A DNA stretch of 64,000 bases, taken from NCBI GenBank assembly GCA_016213945.1, contig JACQZF010000048.1, positions 33,854-97,853 on the forward strand. The letters are read 5' to 3'. This DNA is from Nitrospirota bacterium. Lineage in GTDB: Bacteria; Nitrospirota; Thermodesulfovibrionia; UBA6902. Shown in pieces: positions 1 through 8,560 of the stretch (its first letter is position 1; each line of letters opens with the position of its first letter). The translations under genes were made by a program, and so were the position numbers. The notes beneath the pieces are model-generated. The model was not told the origin of the DNA. It was given only the letters and a program-made list of their open reading frames with translations, and made no database searches.

Positions 1-2
1 CG

Positions 3-380
3 GGTGTTTTCTCAAGTCATTATCTCCTTGAACGCCTGCCGCAGGCAGGACCAAAATTATGGCCCTCAGATGAAGAAGTATCTTCGCTCAAAGGCTTCCT
101 CAAATGGCTTGAGCGTGAGATCGGCACGGCAATTGACGAACTAACAAATAAAACAGCAATCAAGGAATATCATGAACACGACTTCAATCAGTTTCTTGAC
201 GTTCTCAAGAGAAATAAAAACAAACTCTCAATAGACCCTTCAGACCGCAAGAAACAGGAACTCCTCGAAAAGCATTTCACAATAAGTATGTCGAGACTTG
301 AGCCATTGAAAAAAAGAATTGCTGAAACAGATAACTTAATAGATGAAATTGTCTTTAGGCTATACGGATTGACGGATGAG
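3..380 (+). CDS. C-terminal fragment (gene runs off the window start) of an N6-adenine DNA methyltransferase / Type IIG-IIL R-M enzyme (MmeI/Eco57I/BREX PglX-like). There is an apparent +1 frameshift at ~359-361: the canonical tail ...VFRLYGLTDEEIKIVKGGSVDG* lies in another frame and ends at 420.
   Basis: Frame 3 translates ...LSIDPSDRKKQELLEKHFTISMSRLEPLKKRIAETDNLIDEIVFR then reads PIRIDG*. The neighbouring frame reads LGLYGLTDEEIKIVKG*, the hallmark C-terminus of this methyltransferase family. The sequence aggcctatac looks like agg-cta-tac with one extra c. Confidence 0.5.
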
Positions 381-621
381 GAGATAAAGATTGTGAAAGG
401 TGGAAGTGTAGACGGGTGAATGAGAACAGGAGTACTTGCGCTGGTTCAATCTTGCAGATTGAACCAAGATTAACTCCATGATTAATTTTTTTGGTTTAGG
501 TTGCAAGCCTGAACCAGCAGGAAGGCGAGTTGGTGAAATATAAATAAGGGAGCTACGAAAAGTTTGAGGTTAATTAGCTCAAAGGATATACTATGTCCAT
601 AATAAACATGGGAGGTTTTAT

Positions 622-855
622 ATGACCACACAATCGTATAAAGAAAAGATAACGGCAAACCCGGACATAATGCTTGGCAAGCCGGTCATTAAAGGCACAA
701 GGATTACAGTTGAGTTGATATTGAGAAAATTGTCGGAGGGCGTTTCAATAGAAGAATTATTGACCTCCTACCCGCATCTGACAAAAGACGATATTTTGGC
801 AGCTCTTTCATATTCCGCAGACGTAATATCACAGGAGGAGTTAATTGCCTCTTAA
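622..855 (+). CDS. DUF433 family protein (HTH-like; antitoxin-like partner of DUF5615)
   Basis: 77 aa, MTTQSYKEKITANPDIMLGKPVIKGTRITVELIL..., which fits the DUF433 signature. It overlaps the next gene by 11 nt. Confidence 0.6.
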   Translation: MTTQSYKEKITANPDIMLGKPVIKGTRITVELILRKLSEGVSIEELLTSYPHLTKDDILAALSYSADVISQEELIAS

Positions 856-1207
856 ACTCATTGCAGATGAAAGCCTTGATTTTAGAATTGTAGTAAAACT
901 GAGGGATATGGGCTTTGATGTTATATCAGTCTTAAAAGAATACCAGGGCATATCCGACAAAAAGGTGTTAGAGCTGACAAGGCAGCATAATGCAATACTG
1001 ATAACAGAAGACAGCGATTTCGGGGAATGGGTATTTGCGCACAAAGAGAAGAATATCAGCGTCGTATTTTTAAGATACAAGCATGAGCAGATTGAAGACA
1101 TTTCATCTTCATTGGTCAAGCTTTTGAATAAATATCAGATCGATCTATACGGTAAATTTGTCGTGATTACGCCTCGCAAGATAAGAATCAGAGAGATTTA
1201 CAAATAA
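845..1207 (+). CDS. DUF5615 family PIN-like protein (putative toxin partner of DUF433)
   Basis: 120 aa with the conserved pairing and overlap with DUF433. The acidic residues (DES...TEDSDF) are consistent with a PIN-like fold. Confidence 0.5.
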   Translation: MPLKLIADESLDFRIVVKLRDMGFDVISVLKEYQGISDKKVLELTRQHNAILITEDSDFGEWVFAHKEKNISVVFLRYKHEQIEDISSSLVKLLNKYQIDLYGKFVVITPRKIRIREIYK

Positions 1208-1344
1208 ACATTCTTTCAAGAAGAGGGGGATACTGTCTTATTTAAGTAAAGCAGAGGCGCAATCAGCGGCTGTTTAAACTCGTCAATAATTGAAATCAGT
1301 AAAGAGGATCGACTTAACGGCGAGATTAGATTAGTTATCGTCCC

Positions 1345-3678
1345 TCAAATATTCTCCGTCATCTCCCACACGCCGCAGGGGCAGATGCCGGCGCAGAAGC
1401 TGCAGCCGATGCAGAGGTTTTCGTCAACCACGTATTCGTATGAGCCGTCGGGATTGTCCTTCCTGCTGATCGCCCCGTAATAGCATGTCGCCTCGCACAT
1501 GTGGCAGTCCCTGCATACGGCGCAGGACATGCAGCGGTTGGCCTCTTTTTCAGGGGTGAAGGGCTCGCCTTTGCAGATATCGTAATAGGAGGTTTTTATC
1601 TTTTCATAGGGGACCAGCGGTTTTTTAGCCGGCATGTAATAAGACCTTCCTGCAAGCAGGGCGTGTACGGCGTCAGCGGCCTTTCTGCCGTGACCGATGG
1701 CGTGCGTCACGAGTCCGAGCCTGGTTGCATCGCCGATCGCATAAACCTTGGGATCGGAGGTATGCCCGACTTCGTCAGATTCTATCCAGCCGTTCTTGTT
1801 TGTGTGAATACTTGGAATCAGGAACTCGGTCATTGGCGTATCGCCGATTGATATCACAACAACATCCGCGTCAAGCGATGAGCCGTCGGTGAAGTAGATC
1901 TTCTTTTCTTCCTTTACAAATTTTTCGGTGAACTTCGGCCAGAGGATCTTCGTTCCCAATGCCTGGGCGATCTCAAGCTCCTTGCCGAATGCCGCGGGTT
2001 TCTGAATATCAACTGCCGTCACCTCTTTCGCGCCGCAGTGGAAGGCCTGGGCCGCAACGTCCATTCCTACATTTCCCGCTCCGATGACGACAACTCTCTT
2101 GTCTTTCAATTTCGGGGCATCGCCGATATTTATTCCCTTCAAAAAGTCATATGCGGAAACCGTGTCCTCCGCCCCGGGGACATTCATCATCCTCGGCTTG
2201 TGCGCCCCGCACGCAACTACTACAGCATCATGCTTTTTGTATATATCTTCAAACTTCTTTTTATTCACCGCTGCCTTCAAATGGACTTTCACGCCGATCT
2301 TTTCAAAACGCGAAAGTTCATTTATAAGGACCTCCTGAGGAAGCCTTTCTCTTGGGATGCAGAGTTCGAGTTTGCCGCCAAGCTTTTCCGCTGCCTCGTA
2401 AAGGTCAACGTCATGCCCTTTCAGCGCAAGCTGCCATGCTGCGGACAGTCCGCCGGGGCCGCCGCCGATGATGGCAACTTTTTTGTTTGTCTTTTTCTCG
2501 CGCTTTGGAAGCTTTAAATCAACACTCGCCCTGCCCAGTTCCTTGATATTGAAAGGCGTATCAACTTGCGCCCTTGTGCATGTCTGCATACAGAGGTTGG
2601 GGCATATCTCGCCGCATACTGAAGCGGGAAGCGGGCTGTATTGCAAAACAAGCTCCAATGCCTCATGGAGTTTTCCAGCCCGGATTAGCTGCGCGCGTTT
2701 TTGCGTAGGTATTCCGCTTGGGCATGCGTATTCGCAGGGTGGAGCGTATTTATAATTATTCCAGACAGGCTTATATCTCCTGTCTTCGCCTGTTGTTATA
2801 TACGGAAGAACAGTGAAAGGGTGATTCAGATATTCCGCGAAGATCCCGCCCTTGCCGACACCCGTTTCCCAGATATTACTCCGGAATTCGGCGATGGGCA
2901 TCTTGAAGACTTTCTTCTTCGCGCGTTCCTGCGCTGTGTAGGGGGCGAGCTTTTTCCAATCGTCCTTTGAGCGGGTAAGTGTGTCAAGATATTCGGTGCG
3001 CTCTATTGCCGCAAGATAGGGCTTCATGTTTTCTGTGAGCCATTGCCAGTCCTGATCGGTAAGATCAAGGAGCCTGACATCGCCTTCGCTGTAGCCCTGG
3101 ATCGGCCCGCGGAAATACACCATGCCGCCAACCATGCCGACACACGGGCGGTAGCCTAAAACATTGTCAGGATTCCTCGGATCTACTCCGCAGACAACAG
3201 CAATGCCGCCTGCCTTGAATTCCGCGAATGTATCTCCCACGTCCCTGAAATACCATGACTGAGGCGGGTCGAATTTCGGGTTGTGCTTTGTCATCGTATC
3301 GCAGCGCGCGCCTCCGCTTCCCTGCACATAGAGGACCCCCTGTGCAGCGGCATTGTGTGCGCCGTTAGTGACATCGCCTAACACGGTTATCTTCGCGCCG
3401 CAGTTTATCCAGCCCACATCGTCAGAGGAGCTCCCTTTTACAATAATCTCTGTGCCGTACATGCCCATACTGCCGAGCCTCTGCCCGACAGGCCCTTCCA
3501 CGGTAAGCTTTACAGCCTCGCCTCTTGGCCAAACCCTTCCGCCGATGCCGTGCTGACCGTCAGCAATAATCTGAATTTCGCGCGCGCCCTGTCTGACTGC
3601 GTCCTGGATCTCTTCTTCAAAAATCCTTGACGGGGTGCGCTTGCCTTTGATGTTTCCTTGTAGAGTTATCTTTTTCAT
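1345..3678 (-). CDS. Glutamate synthase domain 3 (GXGXG) fused to a GltD-like NADPH-dependent FAD oxidoreductase and C-terminal 4Fe-4S ferredoxin domains
   Basis: The N-terminus has GXGXG-domain repeats (GQRLGSMGMYG, VLGDVTNGA, VQGSGGARC). The centre has the Fe-S cysteines CEYACPSG/CGEICPNLC, a dinucleotide motif AIIGGGPGGLSAAWQLA and a second motif VVVIGAGNVGMDVA. The C-terminus reads CMSCAVCRDCHMC...CIGCSFCAGICPC. Confidence 0.8.
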   Translation of the reverse strand: MKKITLQGNIKGKRTPSRIFEEEIQDAVRQGAREIQIIADGQHGIGGRVWPRGEAVKLTVEGPVGQRLGSMGMYGTEIIVKGSSSDDVGWINCGAKITVLGDVTNGAHNAAAQGVLYVQGSGGARCDTMTKHNPKFDPPQSWYFRDVGDTFAEFKAGGIAVVCGVDPRNPDNVLGYRPCVGMVGGMVYFRGPIQGYSEGDVRLLDLTDQDWQWLTENMKPYLAAIERTEYLDTLTRSKDDWKKLAPYTAQERAKKKVFKMPIAEFRSNIWETGVGKGGIFAEYLNHPFTVLPYITTGEDRRYKPVWNNYKYAPPCEYACPSGIPTQKRAQLIRAGKLHEALELVLQYSPLPASVCGEICPNLCMQTCTRAQVDTPFNIKELGRASVDLKLPKREKKTNKKVAIIGGGPGGLSAAWQLALKGHDVDLYEAAEKLGGKLELCIPRERLPQEVLINELSRFEKIGVKVHLKAAVNKKKFEDIYKKHDAVVVACGAHKPRMMNVPGAEDTVSAYDFLKGINIGDAPKLKDKRVVVIGAGNVGMDVAAQAFHCGAKEVTAVDIQKPAAFGKELEIAQALGTKILWPKFTEKFVKEEKKIYFTDGSSLDADVVVISIGDTPMTEFLIPSIHTNKNGWIESDEVGHTSDPKVYAIGDATRLGLVTHAIGHGRKAADAVHALLAGRSYYMPAKKPLVPYEKIKTSYYDICKGEPFTPEKEANRCMSCAVCRDCHMCEATCYYGAISRKDNPDGSYEYVVDENLCIGCSFCAGICPCGVWEMTENI

Positions 3679-3698
3679 ATTATCTATATTTCTTGGCT

Positions 3699-3755
3699 GT
3701 CATTCCGGCTTGTTCGGAATCCTTTTTAAGAAGATTCCCGACAAGCGGGAATGAC
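3699..3755. repeat. REP-like palindromic element copy 1 (GTCATTCCGGCTTGTTCGGAATCC...GATTCCCGACAAGCGGGAATGAC) between two glutamate synthase genes
   Basis: Two inverted ~24-nt hairpin units. The termini GTCATTCC...GGAATGAC are shared by all copies. Confidence 0.7.
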
Positions 3756-3803
3756 ATCATTCGGTAACTTCCGCGCTTTTGCTCTTCTGCGCTATTGAAC
3801 TTT

Positions 3804-5465
3804 TTAACATACATAATTAATCTGTAGTCTCTCTGCAATCGCATGGTCGTCTGTGCTGATGCCGTCTGACATGCCGATTGGCAGTTCCGTGCTTCGGCCC
3901 ATTGGGGCGAATATTTTCTTCAACTCTATATCCAATGATTTGTAAACTTCAACCACCCTCTCTGCAACCACATCAGGGTCAAGCCTCCTGTAGAGTTTTG
4001 GGTCCTGAGTCGTGATGCCTCTCGGGCATTTGCCAAGGTTGCATACGTTGCAGCGGTTCATCTCATCTCCATGACAGGCTGCTGCCGCCTGCATGATATA
4101 TTTCCCGATTGAAACAGCGGATGCGCCTAACATGAAGAGCGCTGCAGCATTCGCCGCAAGGTTGCCCTTCTTTCCGACACCTCCTGCCGCAATGAGAGGC
4201 AGTTCATTCTGTTTGCCGTATTTTACGAGGTCGAGATAGCATTCTCTAATATTGGATGCGATGGGATGCCCCATCGTGTCCATTGATACGGCGTATGCCG
4301 CGCCTGTCCCGCCGTCCTCACCGTCAATCGAAAGGGCAGCGGCATACTGATTTCTGACTAAATTATTCAGGACCGCCTTTGCAGTCCGCGTTCCTGAGAT
4401 CTTCGGATAGACAGGGACCCTGAAGCCCCACGCCATGGACATTGACTGGATCATCTTTGCGACAGACTCTTCAATCGAATATTTCGTCTGATGCGTCGGA
4501 GGCGAGGGGAGGTCTACACCCATCGGCACTCCCCGAATCTCTGAGATTAATTTCAAAACCTTGTGCGCCATCAGGAGCCCGCCGTCTCCGGGCTTTGCGC
4601 CCTGCCCGTATTTGATCTCAATCGCGCAGGGGTCTTCGATCATATGAGGGAGCGTCCTGATAATCTCGTCCCAGCCGAAATAACCTGAGGCGATCTGGGG
4701 TATAAAATATTTAATGAACCTCGACTTGAGAAGCCTGTGCGGCATCCCGCCTTCACCTGAGCACATGACAACCGGCATCCCTTCAACTTCATTGAGATAC
4801 GTAATGCCCATTGCAAGCCCTTCCCACATGGTGGGAGAAAGCGCGCCGATGGACATGCTGCCTATCATCACAGGGTATATTTCCCGGACAGGCGGTATGA
4901 ATTTACCGGTAGTTTTATCAGCATCGAGCTTGCCGTCAATCATCTTCAGCGGCAGTTCTTCCGCAGGCAGTATCCTGCCTAAGTACGTACGTATCCTGAA
5001 TTCGTGCCTGCCTGCGTCAAGCGCAGGGTCGGTGAGCATGGAGATTCTTGTAAATCTCAATCTGTCCAAAGTGGAAGGCGACGGATCGTTTCTCCTGCCG
5101 CCCCTTCTGTAGGGATGACCGCCTTTGTTTTTATGGAAGTTGAATTTATGCTGCGGATTATACTCCGGCTCAATTGCCTCGTTGGGACAAACGAGTGTGC
5201 AGGTCCCGCAGCCAATGCAATAGCGTTCTATATTGGTTGTCTGTTTGACCATAGTCGTGACAACCCGCGCTGCTTTGGGTTCAGGTGTCATTCCTTCTGA
5301 CTGTAAAACCCGTTTTACAACAACAACCGGTTCTATTGAAAGCATCGGGCAGACGGCTGTGCACCTGCCGCAGCGTTTGCACCTGTCATCACGCCATCTA
5401 ACAACGTATGGTAGATCTTTTACTGAAAGCTCATGATTATGGTCTAAGCGTGAAGCTGGTTCCAT
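3804..5465 (-). CDS. Glutamate synthase FMN-binding domain protein (archaeal-type domain 2) with an N-terminal 2x[4Fe-4S] ferredoxin
   Basis: It carries CKRCGRCTAVCP / CIGCGTCTLVCP and the Glu_synthase core (GVDLPSPPTHQ..., IDGEDGGTGAA, LIAAGGVGKKGN). Confidence 0.8.
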   Translation of the reverse strand: MEPASRLDHNHELSVKDLPYVVRWRDDRCKRCGRCTAVCPMLSIEPVVVVKRVLQSEGMTPEPKAARVVTTMVKQTTNIERYCIGCGTCTLVCPNEAIEPEYNPQHKFNFHKNKGGHPYRRGGRRNDPSPSTLDRLRFTRISMLTDPALDAGRHEFRIRTYLGRILPAEELPLKMIDGKLDADKTTGKFIPPVREIYPVMIGSMSIGALSPTMWEGLAMGITYLNEVEGMPVVMCSGEGGMPHRLLKSRFIKYFIPQIASGYFGWDEIIRTLPHMIEDPCAIEIKYGQGAKPGDGGLLMAHKVLKLISEIRGVPMGVDLPSPPTHQTKYSIEESVAKMIQSMSMAWGFRVPVYPKISGTRTAKAVLNNLVRNQYAAALSIDGEDGGTGAAYAVSMDTMGHPIASNIRECYLDLVKYGKQNELPLIAAGGVGKKGNLAANAAALFMLGASAVSIGKYIMQAAAACHGDEMNRCNVCNLGKCPRGITTQDPKLYRRLDPDVVAERVVEVYKSLDIELKKIFAPMGRSTELPIGMSDGISTDDHAIAERLQINYVC

Positions 5466-6553
5466 ACCATCACCTCCTGCGCTCCCGGCTTGACGATAAC
5501 CATGTCGTACTTCATGGGGAATATATCCTGAGCTTTATCTCTCACAGATATTACGCTGTCAAGCCCGCACTCCTCGGACATAAATCCGTACTTGCCTTTC
5601 ACGCCGCCGACAACACCCGGCCTGAGTTTCTTGGCGTCCTGGACCATAAGGCACGTCCCGTCCGGCGTAAAGGCAATGACGCAATTCGGGCCGTCTATGC
5701 AGAGCGGTCTCAAGGATATTTTTAACAATCTCGCGACTTCGCTGTCACTTCTTTTATCAATCTCAGACTGTTTAAGCGGCGTAATTACGTCCTTATAATA
5801 TGTAAGCGGATAACCAAGCTGCTTGCAGGTGTAATGCAAAATGTGACAGAAGACTTCGCTGTCGCTGTTGTAACCGATATATCCGGAAAAGTTCCTGCTC
5901 ATTAAAAATTCTCTTATAGGCACGAACGCCGTATTCTCGCCGTTTGTCATCGAGCCGTAACCCTGAATGAAAAAAGGATGACACGCATACATGTTGATAG
6001 CATAATTGGTATTCTGTCTTCCCTGGGCAAAGATAATCTTTGCTTTAAGCGGGGATTTATCAAGGCCGAAAAACTCACTGAGTTCAAGAGGATCGCCTAC
6101 CTCTTTCAATGTCAGGATATCAGGATAGAATGAGAAAACTATAATTGACTCATCACCCTCTCCGAATTTTCTGAGGGCGAGTCTCGTCTTCAGGAGCAGG
6201 TCTTCCTTATCTTCCTGAGCGCTGTATTTGTAGACATCCGGATAATCATAGACACGTGCAAAATAGTGATCGCGGCCAACAATCCCCCTGACCGTTCTGA
6301 GCTTGGGGGTCCAGGTGTATTTCAGTTTGAACCCGAGCTTGTTCATGTAATCATCAAGCGTCTTCATCCCCTCCTTGGAACAAATGCCTGACAGGATAGG
6401 GTATTCCTTCAGCTCCTCAAATTCACCGCCGAGGCTTTTCAGGATAAGCCCCATACCGGAGCCGTCATGCCCTTCCTTCATGGTCTCAAGGGCATTGATA
6501 TTCTCCATCGGAGAGAAGTATTCACTTGATGTTATCGCGGCAAGTCTGCACAT
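5444..6553 (-). CDS. Class II (Ntn) glutamine amidotransferase domain protein (archaeal-type glutamate synthase domain 1)
   Basis: It starts MCRLAAI, giving a Cys2 nucleophile. It is the first gene of a three-gene operon whose order mirrors domain 1-2-3 of GltB. Confidence 0.7.
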   Translation of the reverse strand: MCRLAAITSSEYFSPMENINALETMKEGHDGSGMGLILKSLGGEFEELKEYPILSGICSKEGMKTLDDYMNKLGFKLKYTWTPKLRTVRGIVGRDHYFARVYDYPDVYKYSAQEDKEDLLLKTRLALRKFGEGDESIIVFSFYPDILTLKEVGDPLELSEFFGLDKSPLKAKIIFAQGRQNTNYAINMYACHPFFIQGYGSMTNGENTAFVPIREFLMSRNFSGYIGYNSDSEVFCHILHYTCKQLGYPLTYYKDVITPLKQSEIDKRSDSEVARLLKISLRPLCIDGPNCVIAFTPDGTCLMVQDAKKLRPGVVGGVKGKYGFMSEECGLDSVISVRDKAQDIFPMKYDMVIVKPGAQEVMVWNQLHA

Positions 6554-6886
6554 ATCTTTTTCGTAACTATGCTTTTTATTCAGGCAAAAAGAGCGTCCAT
6601 ACCATTCCCTAAAACATCTTTATGGTAGTAGACGCTGCTGAATGGTTAAAGCGTTCCTCCGAATAATAATACCAATTAGATATGGTTTTTGTAAACTTGG
6701 TTACCGGCCCCGAATCTGCTTTAGAAAAATTGTCAGTGCTAACGAAGCTAAGCAATCACTGTTTTTTGACAATTGCCACGAACCCTCCGGATTTCAGCAA
6801 TGACACGTCAATAAAGGCTTAATGCTTTCTATATCGGAATTCGGGTTGACAGTTGCGCTTTTCTTATTTCGCACTATAATTAAATT

Positions 6887-7369
6887 ATGAAACGTCTCAT
6901 GGCCTTATTCGCTTTTATTATTTACGTCTCAGGCTGCGCCCACGTCGTGCCACAAGAGTTAAGGGACAAAGCAGAGAAGGGGACATCAGTTCCCGCGCTC
7001 TTCAAGGACCCTGATGAATACAAAGGCAGGATTTTCATTCTTGGAGGCGCTATTGTAAGCGCTGTAAACATGCAGGACGGGACATATATTGAGGTGGTTG
7101 AAAAGCCGCTCGATTATCGTGGAAGGCCGGAGTACACGGACATATCCCGCGGCAGGTTTCTTGTTTTATACGAAGGGTATCTTGATACGGCAGTGTTCTC
7201 TCCCGGCAGGGACGTTACCGTGGCCGGCGAGGTTATAGGGACAAGGGTCCGCCATCTTGGAGAAATTAACTACTCATATCTTCTTTTGAGAAGCAGGGGG
7301 CTTTATTTATTAAAACAGGGAAACGGGGTTCCTATTCAGTTTGGGATTGGCATATGGCACAGCTTTTAG
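6887..7369 (+). CDS. slp: Slp family outer-membrane lipoprotein
   Basis: Signal peptide with lipobox VSGC. Its length and sequence (DPDEYKGRIFILGGAIV...) resemble starvation lipoprotein Slp. Confidence 0.6.
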   Translation: MKRLMALFAFIIYVSGCAHVVPQELRDKAEKGTSVPALFKDPDEYKGRIFILGGAIVSAVNMQDGTYIEVVEKPLDYRGRPEYTDISRGRFLVLYEGYLDTAVFSPGRDVTVAGEVIGTRVRHLGEINYSYLLLRSRGLYLLKQGNGVPIQFGIGIWHSF

Positions 7370-7435
7370 TGCGAGTAATACAGACATTATTAAATAAATT
7401 GCATGGTATGTTTTGTTGATAAACCCGGCTGATTT

Positions 7436-7503
7436 GTCATTCCCGCAAGCGAAGCGCGTCGGGAATCCTTCTTGAAGAAAGATTCCGGACAAGCCGGAAT
7501 GAC
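7436..7503. repeat. REP-like palindromic element copy 2 (between slp and tpx)
   Basis: GTCATTCCCGCAAGCGAAGCGCGTCGGGAATCC-N12-GATTCCGGACAAGCCGGAATGAC. Confidence 0.7.
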
Positions 7504-7541
7504 AGAAACAAACACTATTTATTTCATAACGCAAGGAGGAA

Positions 7542-8045
7542 GTGATGGCGGAAATAACATTTAAAGGTTCACCGGTAAACACTATTGGAGAGCTGCCACA
7601 GGCAGGGGAACAGGCGCCGGATTTTCTTCTCACAAAGACCGACCTGTCCGACATATCGTTAAAAGACGTAGCCGGTAAGATAGTGGTCCTGAACATTTTC
7701 CTCAGCATTGACACCCCTGTTTGCGCGGCCTCTGTGCGAAGGTTCAATGCTGAGGTTGATAAGTTGAGCAATACAGTTGTTCTCTGTGTTTCCTCAGACC
7801 TGCCTTTTGCACTTTCCCGTTTCTGCTGCGCAGAAGGTCTCAATAACGTTATTCCCGTATCTGAACTGCGCAACAGGGCCTTTGGCAACCGTTACGGGGT
7901 CAGGATAGCTGAAGGCCCTCTCGCGGGCCTGTTAGCGCGCTCCGTAGTTATCCTTGATGAAAAAGGGAAAGTGATATACACTGAGCTGGTAAAAGAGATT
8001 ACTGAAGAACCCGATTATGAAAAAGTTCTGCGAGCATTGCGATAG
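7542..8045 (+). CDS. tpx: Thiol peroxidase (atypical 2-Cys peroxiredoxin Tpx)
   Basis: Near end-to-end similarity to Tpx (…[21 protein letters not shown]…, [14 protein letters not shown]). Confidence 0.85.
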   Translation: MMAEITFKGSPVNTIGELPQAGEQAPDFLLTKTDLSDISLKDVAGKIVVLNIFLSIDTPVCAASVRRFNAEVDKLSNTVVLCVSSDLPFALSRFCCAEGLNNVIPVSELRNRAFGNRYGVRIAEGPLAGLLARSVVILDEKGKVIYTELVKEITEEPDYEKVLRALR

Positions 8046-8073
8046 CCTATAAAAAACAAGACAAGGAGGGTTT

Positions 8074-8523
8074 ATGATCTCAAAGATTCTCGTGCCCACA
8101 GATGGTTCCGGCACATCGCAGAAAGCTGTTGACTTTGCAATAGGGCTTGCAAAACAGACAGATGCATCCATAATTCTTATCAGCGTAATCGATCAAAGCG
8201 CCTATATTGCCACAGCCATATCAGCGGAGGCCGCGCCTACTCACCTCATAGAGCCAATAGGGGAATATCTCCGAACTGCCGCCGAGGCATTGCTTGAAGA
8301 GGGGAAAAAATTATGCAAGAAGAACGGTATCCATGCAACAAAAATTATAAGCACGGGTCATCCCGTTGAGGAAATAATAAATGAAGCGGAAAAAGCAAAC
8401 GTTGATATCATTGTCATCGGCTCGCACGGAAGAAGCGCCATCGCCTCAGCGGTCCTCGGCAGCGTTACATTCGGGATCATACACAAAGAGTCAAGATTTC
8501 CTGTTCTCGTAGTTAGAAGGTAA
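8074..8523 (+). CDS. Universal stress protein (UspA family)
   Basis: 149 aa starting ILVPTDGS and ending ...VIGSHGRS...GSVT... A GC-rich hairpin with a T-tract follows at 8526-8560. Confidence 0.8.
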   Translation: MISKILVPTDGSGTSQKAVDFAIGLAKQTDASIILISVIDQSAYIATAISAEAAPTHLIEPIGEYLRTAAEALLEEGKKLCKKNGIHATKIISTGHPVEEIINEAEKANVDIIVIGSHGRSAIASAVLGSVTFGIIHKESRFPVLVVRR

Positions 8524-8525
8524 CC

Positions 8526-8560
8526 GCAGGGGCAGGGTAACCCCGCCCCTGCATTTTATA
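8526..8560 (+). terminator. Rho-independent terminator after usp (GCAGGGGCAGGGTAACCCCGCCCCTGC + ATTTTAT)
   Basis: GC-rich perfect stem plus a T-tract. Confidence 0.5.

Noticed and set aside
1501-2970. Plus-strand ORFs (1501..1851, 2038..2517, 2701..2970 and others) inside the minus-strand glutamate synthase gene. Similar antisense ORFs occur inside acs, the antiporter (19314..20045), lon and others.
   Set aside because: They are antisense to long, well-supported genes and have low-complexity translations.
6554-6886. Searched the divergent glutamate synthase / slp intergenic region for a sigma-54 (GG-N10-GC) promoter, given the NtrC-type regulator elsewhere
   Set aside because: No convincing -24/-12 element found by eye. 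Left unannotated.
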